The notes beneath the pieces are model-generated. The model ran no database searches, was not told the origin of the DNA, and saw only the letters and a list, made by a program, of their open reading frames with translations. From Octopus bimaculoides (Eukaryota), in assembly GCF_001194135.2 (NCBI RefSeq), contig NC_068985.1, positions 9,867,547 to 9,931,546 on the forward strand: a stretch of DNA of 64,000 bases. The letters are read 5' to 3'. The translations under genes and the position numbers were made by a program. Below, in pieces: positions 12,865-26,419 of this stretch (position 1 is its first letter; the number at the start of each line of letters is the position of its first letter).

Positions 12865-15829
12865 TTTCAAAGAATACGAAGGCATGCTCTAGAGTAAATG
12901 GTAAGCTGGTCTTCTAGCAAGTGATAGATATGTGATTAGGGTCCTGTCAGTGAACCTGTTTCTGTTTTCTCTCAAATTGGTGCTTAGAATGGTTAGTGCT
13001 ACATCGTAACCGTATCGGGCCATGTTCTTGGCATACTGGGAAAAGCGTGAACAAAATCTCTCTGGATTCCAGGTGAAACGGTAATAAAAAGCACACAGGA
13101 AAAGAAGACAAAATACTAAAAATAGACAACCAATCACATTGCAGCTTTGTGGTCGAGTGTGTTGATGATTCATTGTTAATTTGTTAATGGCATCCCCCAG
13201 AGCTGTTGTTTACATTTTGCTTTTTATTGAGCAAAAGAATTGCAATGAAACAAGTGTGTGATGAATCAAGCACTTCCATCTTGTAAACAAGCAAAACCTA
13301 GACTCTTTACAGTTGAGGATATTTATTCTTCAGACAAAGAGTTTACCCTCTCCCAGGCAATGGTAGCTGAGAGATAAACCTATTATTGTTATTCTCCTGG
13401 GGTTTTTATTGTGTGTGAGAGAGAGGGATTCTGTCCATTAGTTTGTATTCAGCAAATATGGTAGTTGAGAGAAAAGCCTATTGTTGTTATTAATTTTGTT
13501 TTATTCTGTCCATTAGTTTGCTTGCAATTGTTACTCTTGAGTTGTGTGTGCAACTAATTTTTATGGTCGGGAGCCCAGGTGGAGGATAAAGTTTGACACG
13601 GGCACCCAAATCTAAGAGGGTTAAGGTAAAAATTAGTTTCTTTTAGATAGCTTTTATTCTTTAACATCCATTTTTGGTCCTATCCATTTTTGTCTGTTTT
13701 AATTTTTTTTCTTTTGGGTCTGATTTTGACAAGTACCATAGACCAGGAGCTGACCTTCCAGTAAATTGAAAGCAGTTCAGTTTCAAATTTTGGTTAAAAC
13801 AATTACCCTTGACTTGCACAGTAAATCATCATCCAGTGTTTTAAATCCGGGTTTTGCCCCTGTTAACAGGGGTGGCTGGATCTACCTCAAAGCCATAGTA
13901 ACTGAGGTAGACAGGTGCAGCCCACCCCCAACCTTTGGGCTGGCTGGAGCCCATTCTCCTTTGCTATCATGAGGCTTTTTTGGAGCTAGATTTTCTATGA
14001 GGAGCACGCCTTTGCTTAACTCCAACATCAGTTTCTAGACATGAGTGGTCCCGAGACCAAGGCCTCTACCACGATTTTTAAGAAACGTGGTGGAAAACTA
14101 GCTCAGGAAGGCAGGGATGCTACTGTCGGGTCCCCGCTACCATAGTCTTTAAGAATATCTCAAATTCTGAAAGCCTTCTCCTTTTTTCTAAATATCCACC
14201 TTTCATTGAAGAATAACCTATATTAAGAGAAATTGGACAGTTGATTATATTTATTGAATTGGTGAGAGGATTAGATACTTTCCAGTGTTATCATCATTAA
14301 TATTCGTTTTCCGTGCTGGCATGGTTGGACAGTTTGACTGAAACTGCGCCAGGCACCAGTCATATCTTTTGGCATGGTTTCTATGGCTGGATGCCCTTCC
14401 TAATGCCAACCACTTTACAGAGTATACTGGGTGCTTTTTATGTGACACTTTTATCTTGAACAATTTGTTATCTTTGCAGGTAACTTTATTATGCACAGGT
14501 AACTTAATTATGGACATGGCAGTATGGTTAAGAAGTTTGTTTAGTAGCCACATGGTCACAGGTTCAGCCTCATTGTGCTACACCTTGCACAAGTGTCTTT
14601 TACCATAGCTGCAGGTCAACCATTGCCTTATAAGTAATTTGGAAGGCAAACTGTTGACAGCCATCAATGCTCTGCTTGTTATAACCAGAAATGGTTCTGA
14701 AGAAAGTAGCATTAATTTTCTTAGGTTGTTCAATTTTCCTAAATTGATCAATAGACCAATTGAGTAAACTTATCAGTAATGTACCTGTAATGGTTACTGG
14801 AAACGGCTGTAAGCCAAATTTGGTCCAATAAAGGAAAACTATGTAATGGCCATTATTTTTAACTTTGTTTCTTATATACCACTCAGGTAAAAACCAGTTT
14901 GTCTGGAGCCCATCTACGGATTTACAATATAGAATTGTGATGAACCCAAACATTGGACTCTACCAAAAGATTACAAGATTACCTGAAGTTCTTCTCTAAT
15001 CTGAATAATATTGTTAGCCTGGTGTGCCAACAGAGAACTTATGAAGTATTTTATCCCAATTGATAATCCCTTGCTATTTGTTAGAGAGAGAGAGATAAAT
15101 AGATAGATGGATAGATATGGATATCTATATATGTGTGTATATCTGTGTTTGTCCCCCCACCACCTGACAATCTCTCGCTTTGTTTAAGGTGACATAACTT
15201 AGCAATTTGACGAAAGAGACTGATAAAATAAGTTGCTTTGTTCAGGTGTGGCTGTGTGGTAAGAAGTTTGCTTCCCAACCACATGATTCTGGGTTCAGTC
15301 CTGCTGTGTGGAACCTTGGGCAAATGTCTTTTACTTACAGCCCCAAGTCAACTAAAGCCTTGTGAGTGGATTTGGTTGATGGAAACTGGAAGAAACTCCA
15401 TATATATATTTGTGTTTTATCCCTCACCACTTCTTGACAACCAATATTGGTTTGTTTATATCCCATAACCTAGCGGTTTGGCAAAAGAAACTGATAGAAT
15501 AAGTACTGGGCTTTAAAAAAATGAAACACTTGAGTCAATTTGCTCAACCCTTGAAAGCTGATCCCAGTATGGCTGCAGTCCAATGACTGAAATAAAAGAT
15601 ACCCCTAGTAGGTAGTGCTCCAGCTTAGCCACAGTGCAATGGTTGAAAGAGCACTCTTTTTACTAGTCTACAAATTTAGAGGAAAATAATACAGGATATG
15701 TTATTGAAATAGAATGGTGTATGAAAAGTTAATTTATGCTGTTCAGTGACAAGTGGGATTGGGCTGGATTTGAACCGGCAGCATGAGTCTGGCTTCTATG
15801 AAAGCTTTCTTTTCCTATCTCTCAATATT

Positions 15830-16041
15830 CAGGCTGTCCACAAAGTCTGGGTACATAGGGATTAACACATGCTTTAAGAAATAGTAATTCCTTATATTTA
15901 ATTGTTTATGTTGTGATTTTATTTACTCCATGAAGCCACATGGAGATTAACACATACTTTAAGAAATTATTATTTCTTATATTTAATTGTTTATGTTACG
16001 CTCTTATTTATTCCATGTACCCAGACTTTGTGGACACCCTG
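15830..16041. mobile_element. Tc1/mariner-type MITE, ~212 bp
   Basis: TIRs caggctgtccacaaagtctgggtacat and atgtacccagactttgtggacaccctg, with TA at the right end. There is an internal ~53-bp direct repeat. Confidence 0.75.
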
Positions 16042-16069
16042 TATATAGCTTAATCCTTCCACATTTGGA

Positions 16070-16356
16070 TTATTCTATCAAATGTAATACGCATTCAGTT
16101 CTATATTTAAGAGATGAGGAATTATGTACATTATTTACATTAGACGGATATTTGTCATCTTGTTTGTTGTTAACACGACGTTTCGGCTGATACACCCTTC
16201 AGCCTTCATCAGGTGAATTGGGGAAATTTTGAAAACCTGGGTTCTCATTCCTAAGGTATTTTTCAATGTTGTTGTTATTATTAATGTCACTGCCAGGAAT
16301 CGAACTTGGAATCTTGGGGTTAGTAACACATGCTCTTAACCACTATGCCATATGCC
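16070..16356 (-). mobile_element. tRNA-headed short element carrying a hammerhead ribozyme
   Basis: Minus-strand A box tggcatagtgg (16340-16350) and B box gttcgattcc (16296-16305), followed about 70 nt after the end of the tRNA head by a hammerhead core. The left boundary is approximate. Confidence 0.65.
16174..16215 (-). ncRNA. Minimal type I hammerhead ribozyme (Penelope-type)
   Basis: cac CTGATGA a GGCTGA agggtgta TCAGCC GAAAC GTC gtg. The core is intact, stem II is 6 bp, the loopless stem III is the palindrome ACGT, the cleavage triplet is GUC and stem I is 3 bp. Confidence 0.75.
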
Positions 16357-16569
16357 TGTGAGCATACGTTGTGTTAACTACAAATCAGATGAGGACAAAT
16401 ATCTCTCAAATATAAATACTATAATGCACATTGTTTTGAATTAATCATGCATTAATTATCTTTGTAGCTTTGAGATGTCAGTGATGTGATTGCCTATTTT
16501 TAGAATGACATTGTAGATTAGGTGTGAACAGATAGATCCTTCCTAAGTCATATAGATACTTCAGGCTAG

Positions 16570-16762
16570 ATTCCGTGGCCCATATATTTTCCCCCTGGAC
16601 AGGACACCAGTCCCATCGCAGGATTATTCATTTTTGCTAGCTGAGCTGACAGGAGAAACAGGAAATAAAGTGTTTTGCTCAAGAACACAATACGTCACCC
16701 AGTCCAGGAATTGAAACCACAATCTTATAATCATGAGTCCAATATCCTTACCACTAAGCCAT
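16570..16762 (-). mobile_element. tRNA-derived SINE, family E (Meta/V-domain-like body)
   Basis: Head catggcttagtggtaagg...ggtttcaattcc, body gtgttcttgagcaaaacacttt and cctgcgatgggactggtgtcctgtccaggg. A related fragment lies at ~6590-6700. Confidence 0.55.
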
Positions 16763-17240
16763 GTTTGGATATAAGAACAGGTAGAATATATGGGCCGGTT
16801 AACTGAAGTTTTCCTTTGAGAAGTTATCAATTTGTGGAAATGCTTTGTTGAATAATGTTACAGAATGCCATACAGGTGAGAAAATTAAGTTACCTGGTTT
16901 TGATTTTTAGTTGTATTTGTTTTACTTTAAATATGACTCTAATACCTTAGGAAAGGCTTGAATTTCATTTTTTTATTATTTACATCTATTCTTGTGCTTA
17001 GTAAAGATAAACATTGTTAATTAAACATTAATTGATGCAGCTTATTGCTAATATTTACTGGATCATTTCTTGCTCAAATGTTTCTTTTGTTTGGGGATAA
17101 AGTGGAACCTTGTGTCCAACTAAACTAGAGTTGGTTTCCATTAATAGGAAACCAGATGGACTCTAAAGCATTAAGCTCCAATTCTCACAAAATAGAAATT
17201 TTTAATTCTGGATTTGATTTTTTTTTTTCCTTTCCTGTCA

Positions 17241-17720
17241 TCATCATCCTCATTTAATGTCCACTTTCCATGGTGGCATGGGTTTGACGGTTTGACTGAG
17301 GACTAGTGAGCCACAGGCTGCACCAGGCTCCAATCTGATCTGGCAAAGTTTCTACAGCTGGATGCCCTTCCTAACGCCAACCACTCTGAGAGTGTAGTGG
17401 ATGCTTTTACGTGCCACTGGCACAAGGGCCAGTCAGGTGGTTCTGGCAACAACCACGCTCAAAAGGTTTTTTTACGTGCTACCTTCACAGGAGCCAGTCT
17501 GGCAGCACTGGCAATGACCACGCTTGAATGTTTTTACGTGCCACCAACACATGTTCCGGTAAGGCGACGCTGGCAACGATCACGCTCGAATGGTGCTTTT
17601 CATGTGTTACTGGTACGGAAGCCAATCTGTGGCCCTGGTAACGATCATGCTCGAATGTGCTTTTAACGTTCCACTGGCACGAGTGCCAATCAGGGGCTAC
17701 TGTCATCAGCCACGCCAGCG
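17241..17720 (-). mobile_element. Family C element with ~5 internal repeat units
   Basis: Same tail and repeat units as the other family C copies. Confidence 0.8.
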
Positions 17721-17854
17721 ATTTTGATTTGTTTACTGTGTGTTAGATAAATACCATATCAATACAGAGAGCTCTTCAGTTCTCTGTTTTTACACTTTTC
17801 TAAAGTGGAAAAACTGTAGAAATTCTTCTTTGACAAATGAAAACTTTTATGTAA

Positions 17855-18036
17855 CCCTTTAGCATTTAAACTGGCCATATCTGGCCTCTCATGCCTCCCC
17901 TACAATATCATTTTAAAAAATTAGCAGTCACATCATTGAAATCTCAAAACTACAAAATAATGTATGATAAAACAATGTTTTAACTTAATCATACATTAGG
18001 GGTTACGTTTGACAGAATAAACTGAATGCGAAAGGG
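17855..18036. mobile_element. piggyBac-type MITE
   Basis: (g)taa|ccctttagcatt ... aatgcgaaaggg|ttaa. A related left end occurs at ~20327. Confidence 0.5.
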
Positions 18037-18395
18037 TTAAATTAGATGCTTTTAAACGATTGGCTGAAAATGTCAAAATATTACACAAGAGCAGTTTGTT
18101 GAAAGAAATGCAATAAAGAGTTGGGAAGTGGATTCTCAGGGTTATTGCCCATATTTTGTAATCAAAGACATTCCAGCTTTGACTTTCCCCTATTGATTAT
18201 CCCCTTTTTTTTTTTTTCAGGTAAAATTGTATTGAGCACTGTTTTAATTCAGTCTATCTTGGGTTTATTAAATAATATAAATGAAGATTTGGTCTTCTGG
18301 TTGAATAAAAAATAAAGGAAAAATAAACATTGAATAAAATATTTTCAGAGAAAAAAAAAATTGATTGGTGTTAGCAAAATTGAGTTTTTATCTTA

Positions 18396-18600
18396 TTATT
18401 ACCTTCACCTTCGCTATGGCAGAGGTATTGTTTTCAGTTGTGTTTGTTAGTTTGTCCATGCACAAGATATCTCAAGAACCGGTTGATGGATTCGGATGAA
18501 ACTTTCAGGGATATTTATTCTCGTGCCTGGCACAAACTGATTAGATTTTGGGATCGATCCAGTACCAGACAAGGATTCTGGATTATTTTTATGATTCTTT
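18396..18600 (+). mobile_element. Helentron-associated (HINE/DINE-like) non-autonomous element fragment
   Basis: ttattaccttcaccttcgctatggcagaggtattgttttcag...gtttgttagtttgtcc...ggattcggatgaaactttcaggg resembles this class. Assigned by pattern only. Confidence 0.4.
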
Positions 18601-20426
18601 TTACTTCACATGTATATGTGATGTTTCACTTAGTTCTCTTGTACACGCACACACATTTTCAGCGTTGAACATTATCATCCCATTTCCGTTGTACACACAC
18701 ACGCATGCAAACATACCCCTCTTTTACACACACATATACTCACATTTCAAACACCGTTTATCGGCTTTTTCACTCCTTCCTTCATTATTCATCTATCACC
18801 CCTTCCTTTTTCATTCATACAACGCTCTCTTTGCCACTTCGTTTCATCTTTCTCATTGTCATTACTTTCTCTCAATCATGGCTATTACTCTCACTACTTT
18901 TCCTTCACTGTATTAGTATTTCATCTCCTCTCCCTTCACCTCTCACTCAATATATATACATTTGGATTATTTTTGCATTTGAGAGCAGTTGGGTTCATTT
19001 TTAGTAATCTCGTTAGTGAGGCAGTCCAGCTTATTTCAGATACTCTCATTTAAAAAAAATCATCTCCAACTAATCATTAGGAGGACATTGGTATTGAGTA
19101 CAACGAAGGCTTCAAAGCAGTTTTGCTTGAGAAAGTGAGAGGAGAGAAATTGAAGGAAATGTTTGGAGAGAGGATAGAAATATCGCCAATACAGGTTTGG
19201 TTTGACTAGTTGCCACTTGAGGATTTAATACAGTGTAAATGAAAGTAACTAGAGATTTTAAAAAGTGACTTTTAAAAGAAAGATACAAAAAGAATAATGA
19301 ACTGTGTATTAAATGTTATACATAAGGAGTGGCTGTGTGGTAAGTGGCTTGCTTACTAACCACATGGTACCGGGTTTAGTCCCACTGCGTGACACCTTGG
19401 GCAAGTGTCTTCTACTATAGCCTCGGGCCGACCAAAGCCATGTGAGTGGATTTGGTAGAAGGAAACTGAAATAAGCCCGTCATATATATGTGTATATATA
19501 TATATGTATGTGTGTTTGTGTCTCTCCCCCCCCACCATCACTTGACAACCGATGCTGGTGTGTTTACGTCCCCGTAACTTAGCGGTTCAGCAAAAAGAGA
19601 CCGATAGAATAGGTACTAGGCTTACAAAGAATAAGTCCTGGGGTCGATTTTCTCGACTAAAGGCGGTGCTCCAGCATGGCCGCAGTCAAATAACTGAAAC
19701 AAGTAAAAGAGTTAAATGACACAGCCTGCGAGTGGGGGGGGGGAGGTAAGACAGTTCCTTTCCATTTTATCATTATATTTCATAATTTCATTCGTTATAT
19801 GTTTTATGTACCTTCACTGTATTGTGTTATCTGTCCATGTATTGTCCTTTCTTTGTATGAGCCTGTGTGCTTAAAATAAAGAAACAGGTGTTGAGTTCTC
19901 TTGTTAATGTTTTCCAAGAGGACAGAGTATAAGCATTGTTTCTAGCAAAAAGAATAGGACTTTGTGTTTCTTTTACAACAGAATGTTAAGTGAAGAATAA
20001 AAACTACTCACAGTGGGTCTAGGAATTGATTTTGAAACCATGGTTTCATCAATTCAGCTTGGATTAACATGTTAGATAAATGGATTTTCCTGTCATCCAT
20101 TTGGAATCAATAAAATACACATAACATGTTTGTACTAGAATCAATTCAATACAATATACATGCTTTTATCTTTTGCTTGTCTATAACTTCTCTCAAGTAC
20201 CTCTACATCACTGATCACCATTTTCCATTTTATCCCAAGAATTGATGGAATCATTCTAAATGCTTCAAATGTTTACGAGAAATAACCCATGTCTCGCTTC
20301 CATAAAGCAATGATGGCAGAACAACCCTTTAGCATTCAAACCAGCCATATTTGGCACTAAATATTCTTCTTTGTTTTATCTTCAACCTCTCACACCTACC
20401 CTTCAATGTCATTCTACAAATAACAT

Positions 20427-20800
20427 TTACATCATCAAAATCTCAAAGCTATTAGGTTGTCCAGAAAGTTCTGAGCGTTTTTTAAGATGCAAAAAGGGAT
20501 ATATTTCATGAACTGTACTTTTAGAAACTTCCAACTCCTCCGCAAGTTCTCTAGTCATGATATTTGAGATTTCTTTGAGTTTTGCCTTCAGAATATCATC
20601 CATTTTCAAATACCTTCCACTGCGACTTGTCAACTTCCAAACTAAACTCTCCAGCTTAAAATTTTGCAAACCACCTTCGAACAGTTGATTCACTTACAGC
20701 ATATTCTCCATTAACTTCACAAATATTTTTGCAAGTCTTTGCAGCATTTTCTCCTTTTTTTTTAAATATAAAAGCATTACAAAGCGAATATGAAATTTTC
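20427..20800 (-). mobile_element. Degenerate mariner transposase HTH fragment
   Basis: ...RSGR...DDILKAKLKE...TRELAEELEVSKSTVHE. Confidence 0.7.
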
Positions 20801-21764
20801 AGTTATCCATTTCAAATGTCAATAAAGGGTAACCGGAATGAAAGATAAATCTATTTTAGTCAAGAAGAAAGAAGAGATTCACTACCACTTCAAGCAATGC
20901 TAAAACGAATTGCAAGTAATTAACCAATGATGACAAAACAGAACAAACAAATATTAAAAAAAAAACCAATCAGTTTTGATATGGAATGAATTTATAGTAC
21001 AATGATAAACAGATGGAAACAGATTTTGTATGAGCCAAACAGTGTGGGTTTCTCATTCACCGATGACATTTGCTGCCAACAGGAGGTTGTGAAGAGCTTG
21101 CATAACAAGAGAGGTAACTCGTCACATTTTTTTTGTTTTTGTTCACATTAAAAGGTTATTTAGAAAAGTAATTACATAAAGAGCAATATAATATATATAT
21201 TTTAACTCACTACTATTTCTGTTGCATTAATATCTAGAAGTGTTTTTTTTTAAAATTGAACTAAAACCAGTTAAAAGATGAAACATTAAAAAAAAAAACA
21301 AACGAGAATTTAAGGAAATTTGAGCTAATTTCCATCAACAACAAAATAAAAGTTAATACAATAAGAAATGGTATTTCCTTGTGATATACAAACTTATTTT
21401 ATGATTTCTGAAATCAAATTGGAGAAATACTAATAACTTAATTTATTTTAAAAAGAATCTAATTGTAAGAAGAACTAGAATAACCTAACCCTAATAGATG
21501 GAGCAATTGTAGAGGAATTATTTGTATAAAAGTATCCAGAAGAGAAAAAAAATGTAAATTCTCCATTGAATCTACTTATTTATTTACCTCCATTTGAAGA
21601 GTTAGAAGTTAGTGGCAGAGTTACCTCTCTTATGGACATGACCCTATGAGGATTTGAAGATTTTTTCCTCCCTCCCAGTTGCTTGAAAGAAGCAAATATT
21701 CCCCTCTCCCCAGCCCTGTGGTGTATATATTTTGTTGATGAATGCAGCTGAAGGAAAGTTTTCT

Positions 21765-21816
21765 TCATACAGCAGAGCCATTTCCTTGGTGGAGTGTTTT
21801 TATCAATCTGAGTAAC
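21765..21816 (-). CDS. INTS15: INTS15 coding exon 6 (last): (R)LLRLIKTLHQGNGSAV*
   Basis: Acceptor tttttcctttgtag. Phase 2 is compatible with exon 5. It matches human C7orf26 NLLQLVI as recalled. Confidence 0.8.
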
Positions 21817-22593
21817 CTACAAAGGAAAAAGAAAGGAACATTAAATCATGAATCAAACAAAACCAAAAACGTAATTAAATACTTGAACCTAATCATAACT
21901 GCACAAGTATTAGAGATCTAAATAAACTAGCAACTGAGTCATATATATGATGGATATATTATTAAATATTTTTTGTATGCATTATCATCATCATCATCGT
22001 TTAACGTCTGCTTTCCATGCTAGCATGGGTTGGACAATTTGACTGAGGACTGGCAAACTGAATGGCTGCACCAAGCTCCAATCTGATCTAGCAGAGTTTC
22101 TACAGCTGGATGCCCTTCCTAACGCCAGCCACTCAGAGAGTGTAGTGGTTGCTTTTTACGCCTAGTACTTATTCTATCAGTCTCTTTTGCCGAACCGCTA
22201 TGTTACAGGGACGTAAACACCACCATCGGTTGTCAAGTGATGTTGGGGGGGGGGGGACAAATACAGACACACACGCACATATATATATATATATACGACG
22301 GGCTTCTTTCAGTTTCCATCTACCAAATCCACTCACAAGGCTTTGGTCGGCCCGAGGCTATAGGAGAAGACACTTGCCCAAGGTGCCACGCAGTGGGACT
22401 GAACCCGGAACCATGTGGCTGGTAAGCAAGCTACTTACCACACAGCCACTCCTGCACCTTATTAGCAAATAATAATAATAATAATAATGTAATTACGCAT
22501 AAAGAAACCTGAGAATGCTTTTTATGTATGAAACTGATGCAAGGAGGAATTTCATTGAACAAAAGTTATGCAAGTTATAAAGAAGGGTCTTAC

Positions 22594-22633
22594 CTATTTG
22601 CTGGCAAAAGTTGCAAGATTTCACAAAGTTGTG
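22594..22633 (-). CDS. INTS15: INTS15 coding exon 5 (40 nt): (A)QLCEILQLLPAN(R)
   Basis: tttttcag acceptor and gtaag donor; phases 1 and 2 fit the neighbouring exons. It resembles human DLRTLCSRLPHN. Confidence 0.85.
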
Positions 22634-24963
22634 CTGAAAAATAAATATACATCTATGAATACATATTTTCTCAATTTGAAACACACACAAATATATTAGC
22701 ATCATCATCAACATCATCAATTTAATGTTCATTTTTCCATGCTTGCATGGATCAGATCAAGTTCGTTGAGGCAGGTTTTCCATGGTTAGATGCCTTTCCT
22801 GTCACCAACCCTCGCCTGTTTCCAAGGAAAGTAAGATTTCTTCTTTCCTTGGCCAGGCATAGTTATGCAGAACATTGTAAATATATGACACTGCTTGTAT
22901 GACAGTGGTGATCATTTACAACTACCACACATTGTCAAGACAAAGAGACACAAAGACTCTCACCCACACATACATGTATGTGCGCACATATACTTATATA
23001 CACACACACACGTACACAAGACAAATGAGCTTCTTTCTGTTTCCATCTACCAAAACCCCACACAAGGCTTCGGTTGGCCTGGGGCTACAGTAGAGGACAC
23101 TTGCCCAAAACACCACAGAGTCAAACTGAATTGGAACCATGTCCTTGCAGAGCAAACTTCTAGACACGCCTCTAGTGCCCTCCCCAGGAACCTATCGTCT
23201 TTATCTTGTCACCCATCTGCCATTGCTACCCACATTCGTCCTGACACCACCCCTACATATCTCTGCCTTTTCCCTTCATCATACCCTTGTTTCTTCCACC
23301 TCTGAAACCATTCTGGACCTTCTGATGCCTTTGTTCTCTCTCTCTCTCTCAAATACCCATTTACTCTTTTACTTGTTTCAGTCATTTGACTGTGGCCATG
23401 CTGGAGCACTGCCTTTAGTCAAGCAAATCGGCCCCAGGACTTATTCTTTGTAAGCCTAGTACTTATTCTATCGGTGTCTCTTGCCGAACCGCCAAGTTAC
23501 GGGGACCTAAACACACCAGCATTGTCAAGCAATGTTGGGGGGAACAGACAGACACACAAACATACACACACACATATATATATACATATATACGACGGGC
23601 TTCTTTCAGTTTCCGTCTACCAAATTCACTCACAAGGCTTTGGTCGGCCTGAGGTTAAAATAGAAGACACCAGCCCAAGGTGCCACGCAGTGGGACTGAA
23701 CCCGGAAACATGTGGTTGGTAAGCAAGCTACTTACCACACAGCCACTCCTATGCCTTTTCTGGTCTTTTTTGTCATCATTGTTGCCTCTGCTGTTTAGAA
23801 TGTAAAGCTGTTTGCTGTACAAGCAGAGAAATTGCAATGTTGTGAGGTGTGTGTAACTCTGTCTCATTGAGGATTATTCAACCTCCCAAGAATTATTGAT
23901 ATGAGAAAATGTGCCCAGTACACACTAATATAAAGTGGTTGACATTAGGAAGAGCATTTAGTCAGAAAACGAACAGAAAATGAAGGCAGCGAGCTGGCAG
24001 AAATGTCAGCACACAGGGCGAAATGCTTAGCGGCATTTCATCTGCCGTTACATTCTGAGTTCAAATTCTGCCGAAGTCGACTTTGCCTTTCATCCTTTCA
24101 GGGTCAATAAATTAAGTACCAGTTATGCACCGGCGTCGATGGAATCGACTTAATCCCTTTGTCTGTCCTTGTTTGTCCCCTCTATGTTTAGCCCCTTGTG
24201 GACAATAAAGAAATACGAAATGTTAGTAAGCTGGGCGAAATGCTTAGTGGTATTTCGTCTGTTTTTATGTTCCGAGTCCAAATTCCCCCGAGGTCGACTT
24301 TGCGTTTCATCCTTTCGGGTTCAATAAATTAAGTACCAGTTACGCACTGGGGTCAATGTAATCGACTTAATCTCTTTGTCTTGTCCTTGTTTGTCCCCTC
24401 TATGTTTAGCCCCTTGTGGGCAATAAAGAAATAAGAAAATGAACACTTTGATTTTGAGAGTAGCAGCTCCTTAGTAGCACTATGATATCCCATCCAATCC
24501 ATACCAGCAGGAAAAGTGGATGTAAAATGCTTTTATATATACCAATAATTTAAACTGTGGAAAAGAGAAATCAAATCAATGTTACGTACGTTTCAGTTAA
24601 TGAACGCCATTTATTTGATAAGTGATTTCTGAAGAAGTGAATGAATACTGAATCTACTTAATGAATTACATAACTTTCAATGCAATAGGAAATAAATTAC
24701 GTTAATTCACCGAAACATATGTAGCATTGATATGACTTATCTTTTCTGTAATTAAAATTATTATTCTTAACTCTGTGAGCATTATAACATATTGTTTGAT
24801 ATACTTGCTTTGGATTGGTGGAGTACTCCTTTAATAATTGACCTAAGTGTAACGAATCATATTTTGGTGAATTTAACCTTTACACTAATATACAAACACT
24901 ATACAAGCTAGGATCCTGCTTGAAGTGCTACCAAAGGATGACCTGGATTTTACTTATGCCTTC

Positions 24964-25022
<59 letters not shown>

Positions 25023-25024
<2 letters not shown>

Positions 25025-25330
25025 GGGTCATCCCATAAATAAATAATGTGGTTTTTCAATTGCATGAACTGAAAGTCTGAGGGGGGGGGGGATAAACTAC
25101 CTGCATCAACTGGCTATAAAAGCAGTAATTTTAGCTTGTCCTTATTCTTAGTGCAAGTTTTGAAGAGTGCAGTTCGATTTTAACACTTATCTTTTCAAAG
25201 GTATAATAGAAGTGACAAAGGAGCATATTCGGCATAATTTGCTTTATGAGTTCAATAAAGGCAACGCAACAGAATGTGCGAGGAATATTAATGCAGTATA
25301 TGGAGAATCAAACAATAAGTGTCAGCCAGT
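25023..25330 (+). mobile_element. Mariner 5' end inserted at a (TA)n tract, truncated by a family C tail
   Basis: EVTKEHIRHNLLYEFNKGNATECARNINAVYGE is a mariner transposase N-terminus. Confidence 0.75.
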
Positions 25331-25864
25331 GTCAATGGTGATTCCAGAAATTCTGAGTTGGAAACCATCCGACCCATGCCAGCATGGAAAACGGACGTTA
25401 AACGACAACGACAACGACATTTTAACTGAAAAAAAATAGGAACTGACATGGCAGTTTTTAATGTGAAGAGAAAAAATTTTGTACCAAAATTTAACTCTAA
25501 ACTAGGGGCATGACCTAATCACAAGTACATATGGTATATTTCTATTTACAATAAATACAATATATTTACATAGCAGTTAACGCCAAGTGAGAAAACAAAA
25601 CACATTATATGTTATATGCATTTTATAATTCCACAAGTCACAGGGACACTACCTGTAACTGAATTTTACACAGTTATAATACAAGATTTATTATTAAACA
25701 TAAAGTTGAGATTGGTGAATAGCATTATACTTGAGATTTGAAAAAGGGGGGTAAAATATATTGATTTTTAGCTGCAAAACATGAGACCTGCATTATATTT
25801 GAGATTACATAGCACTCACTACCAAGTGGTTGTGCTGCTTGCAAGCAAAAATCGAAATCATAAT

Positions 25865-26345
25865 TGAACCAAGTTCAATGACTGGCACCTGTGCCAGTGG
25901 AGCACTAACAGCACCATCCGAGCGTGATCATTGCCAGAGCAGCTGTCTGGCTTCCGTGTTAGTGGCACGTAAATAACACCATTTGAGCGTGATTGTTACC
26001 AATGTCGCCTTACTGGCACTTGTACCGGTGGCATGTTAGAAAGCATTCAAGCGAGGTTGTTGCCAGTGCCGCTGAACTGGCTCCTATGTAGGCAGCACGT
26101 AAAAAACACCATTTTGAGCGTGGCTGTTGCCAATACCTTGTGACTGGCCCTCGTGCCGGTGGCACGTAAAAGCACCCACTACACTCTCGGAGTGGTTGGC
26201 GTTAGGAAGGGCATCCAGCTGTAGAAACTCTGCCAGATCGGATTGGAGCCTGGTGCAGCCATCTGGTTCGCCAGTCCTCAGTCAAATCGTCCAACCCATG
26301 CTAGCATGGAAAGCGGACGTTAAACGATGATGACGATGATGATAA
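25865..26345 (+). mobile_element. Family C element
   Basis: Repeat units followed by the RTE-type tail and gatgatgacgatgatgat. Confidence 0.8.
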
Positions 26346-26419
26346 TTGCAATTCTTACATCTTTGTAGATATTTATAAATGTTTGTGCATATGTGTGTGT
26401 GTGATTCTTTGTCATGACA

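Noticed and set aside
21580-21816. Alternative 77-codon open frame through the INTS15 last exon
   Set aside because: The phase of exon 5 selects the frame RLLRLIKTLHQGNGSAV*, which matches the homologue. The other frame has no similarity.
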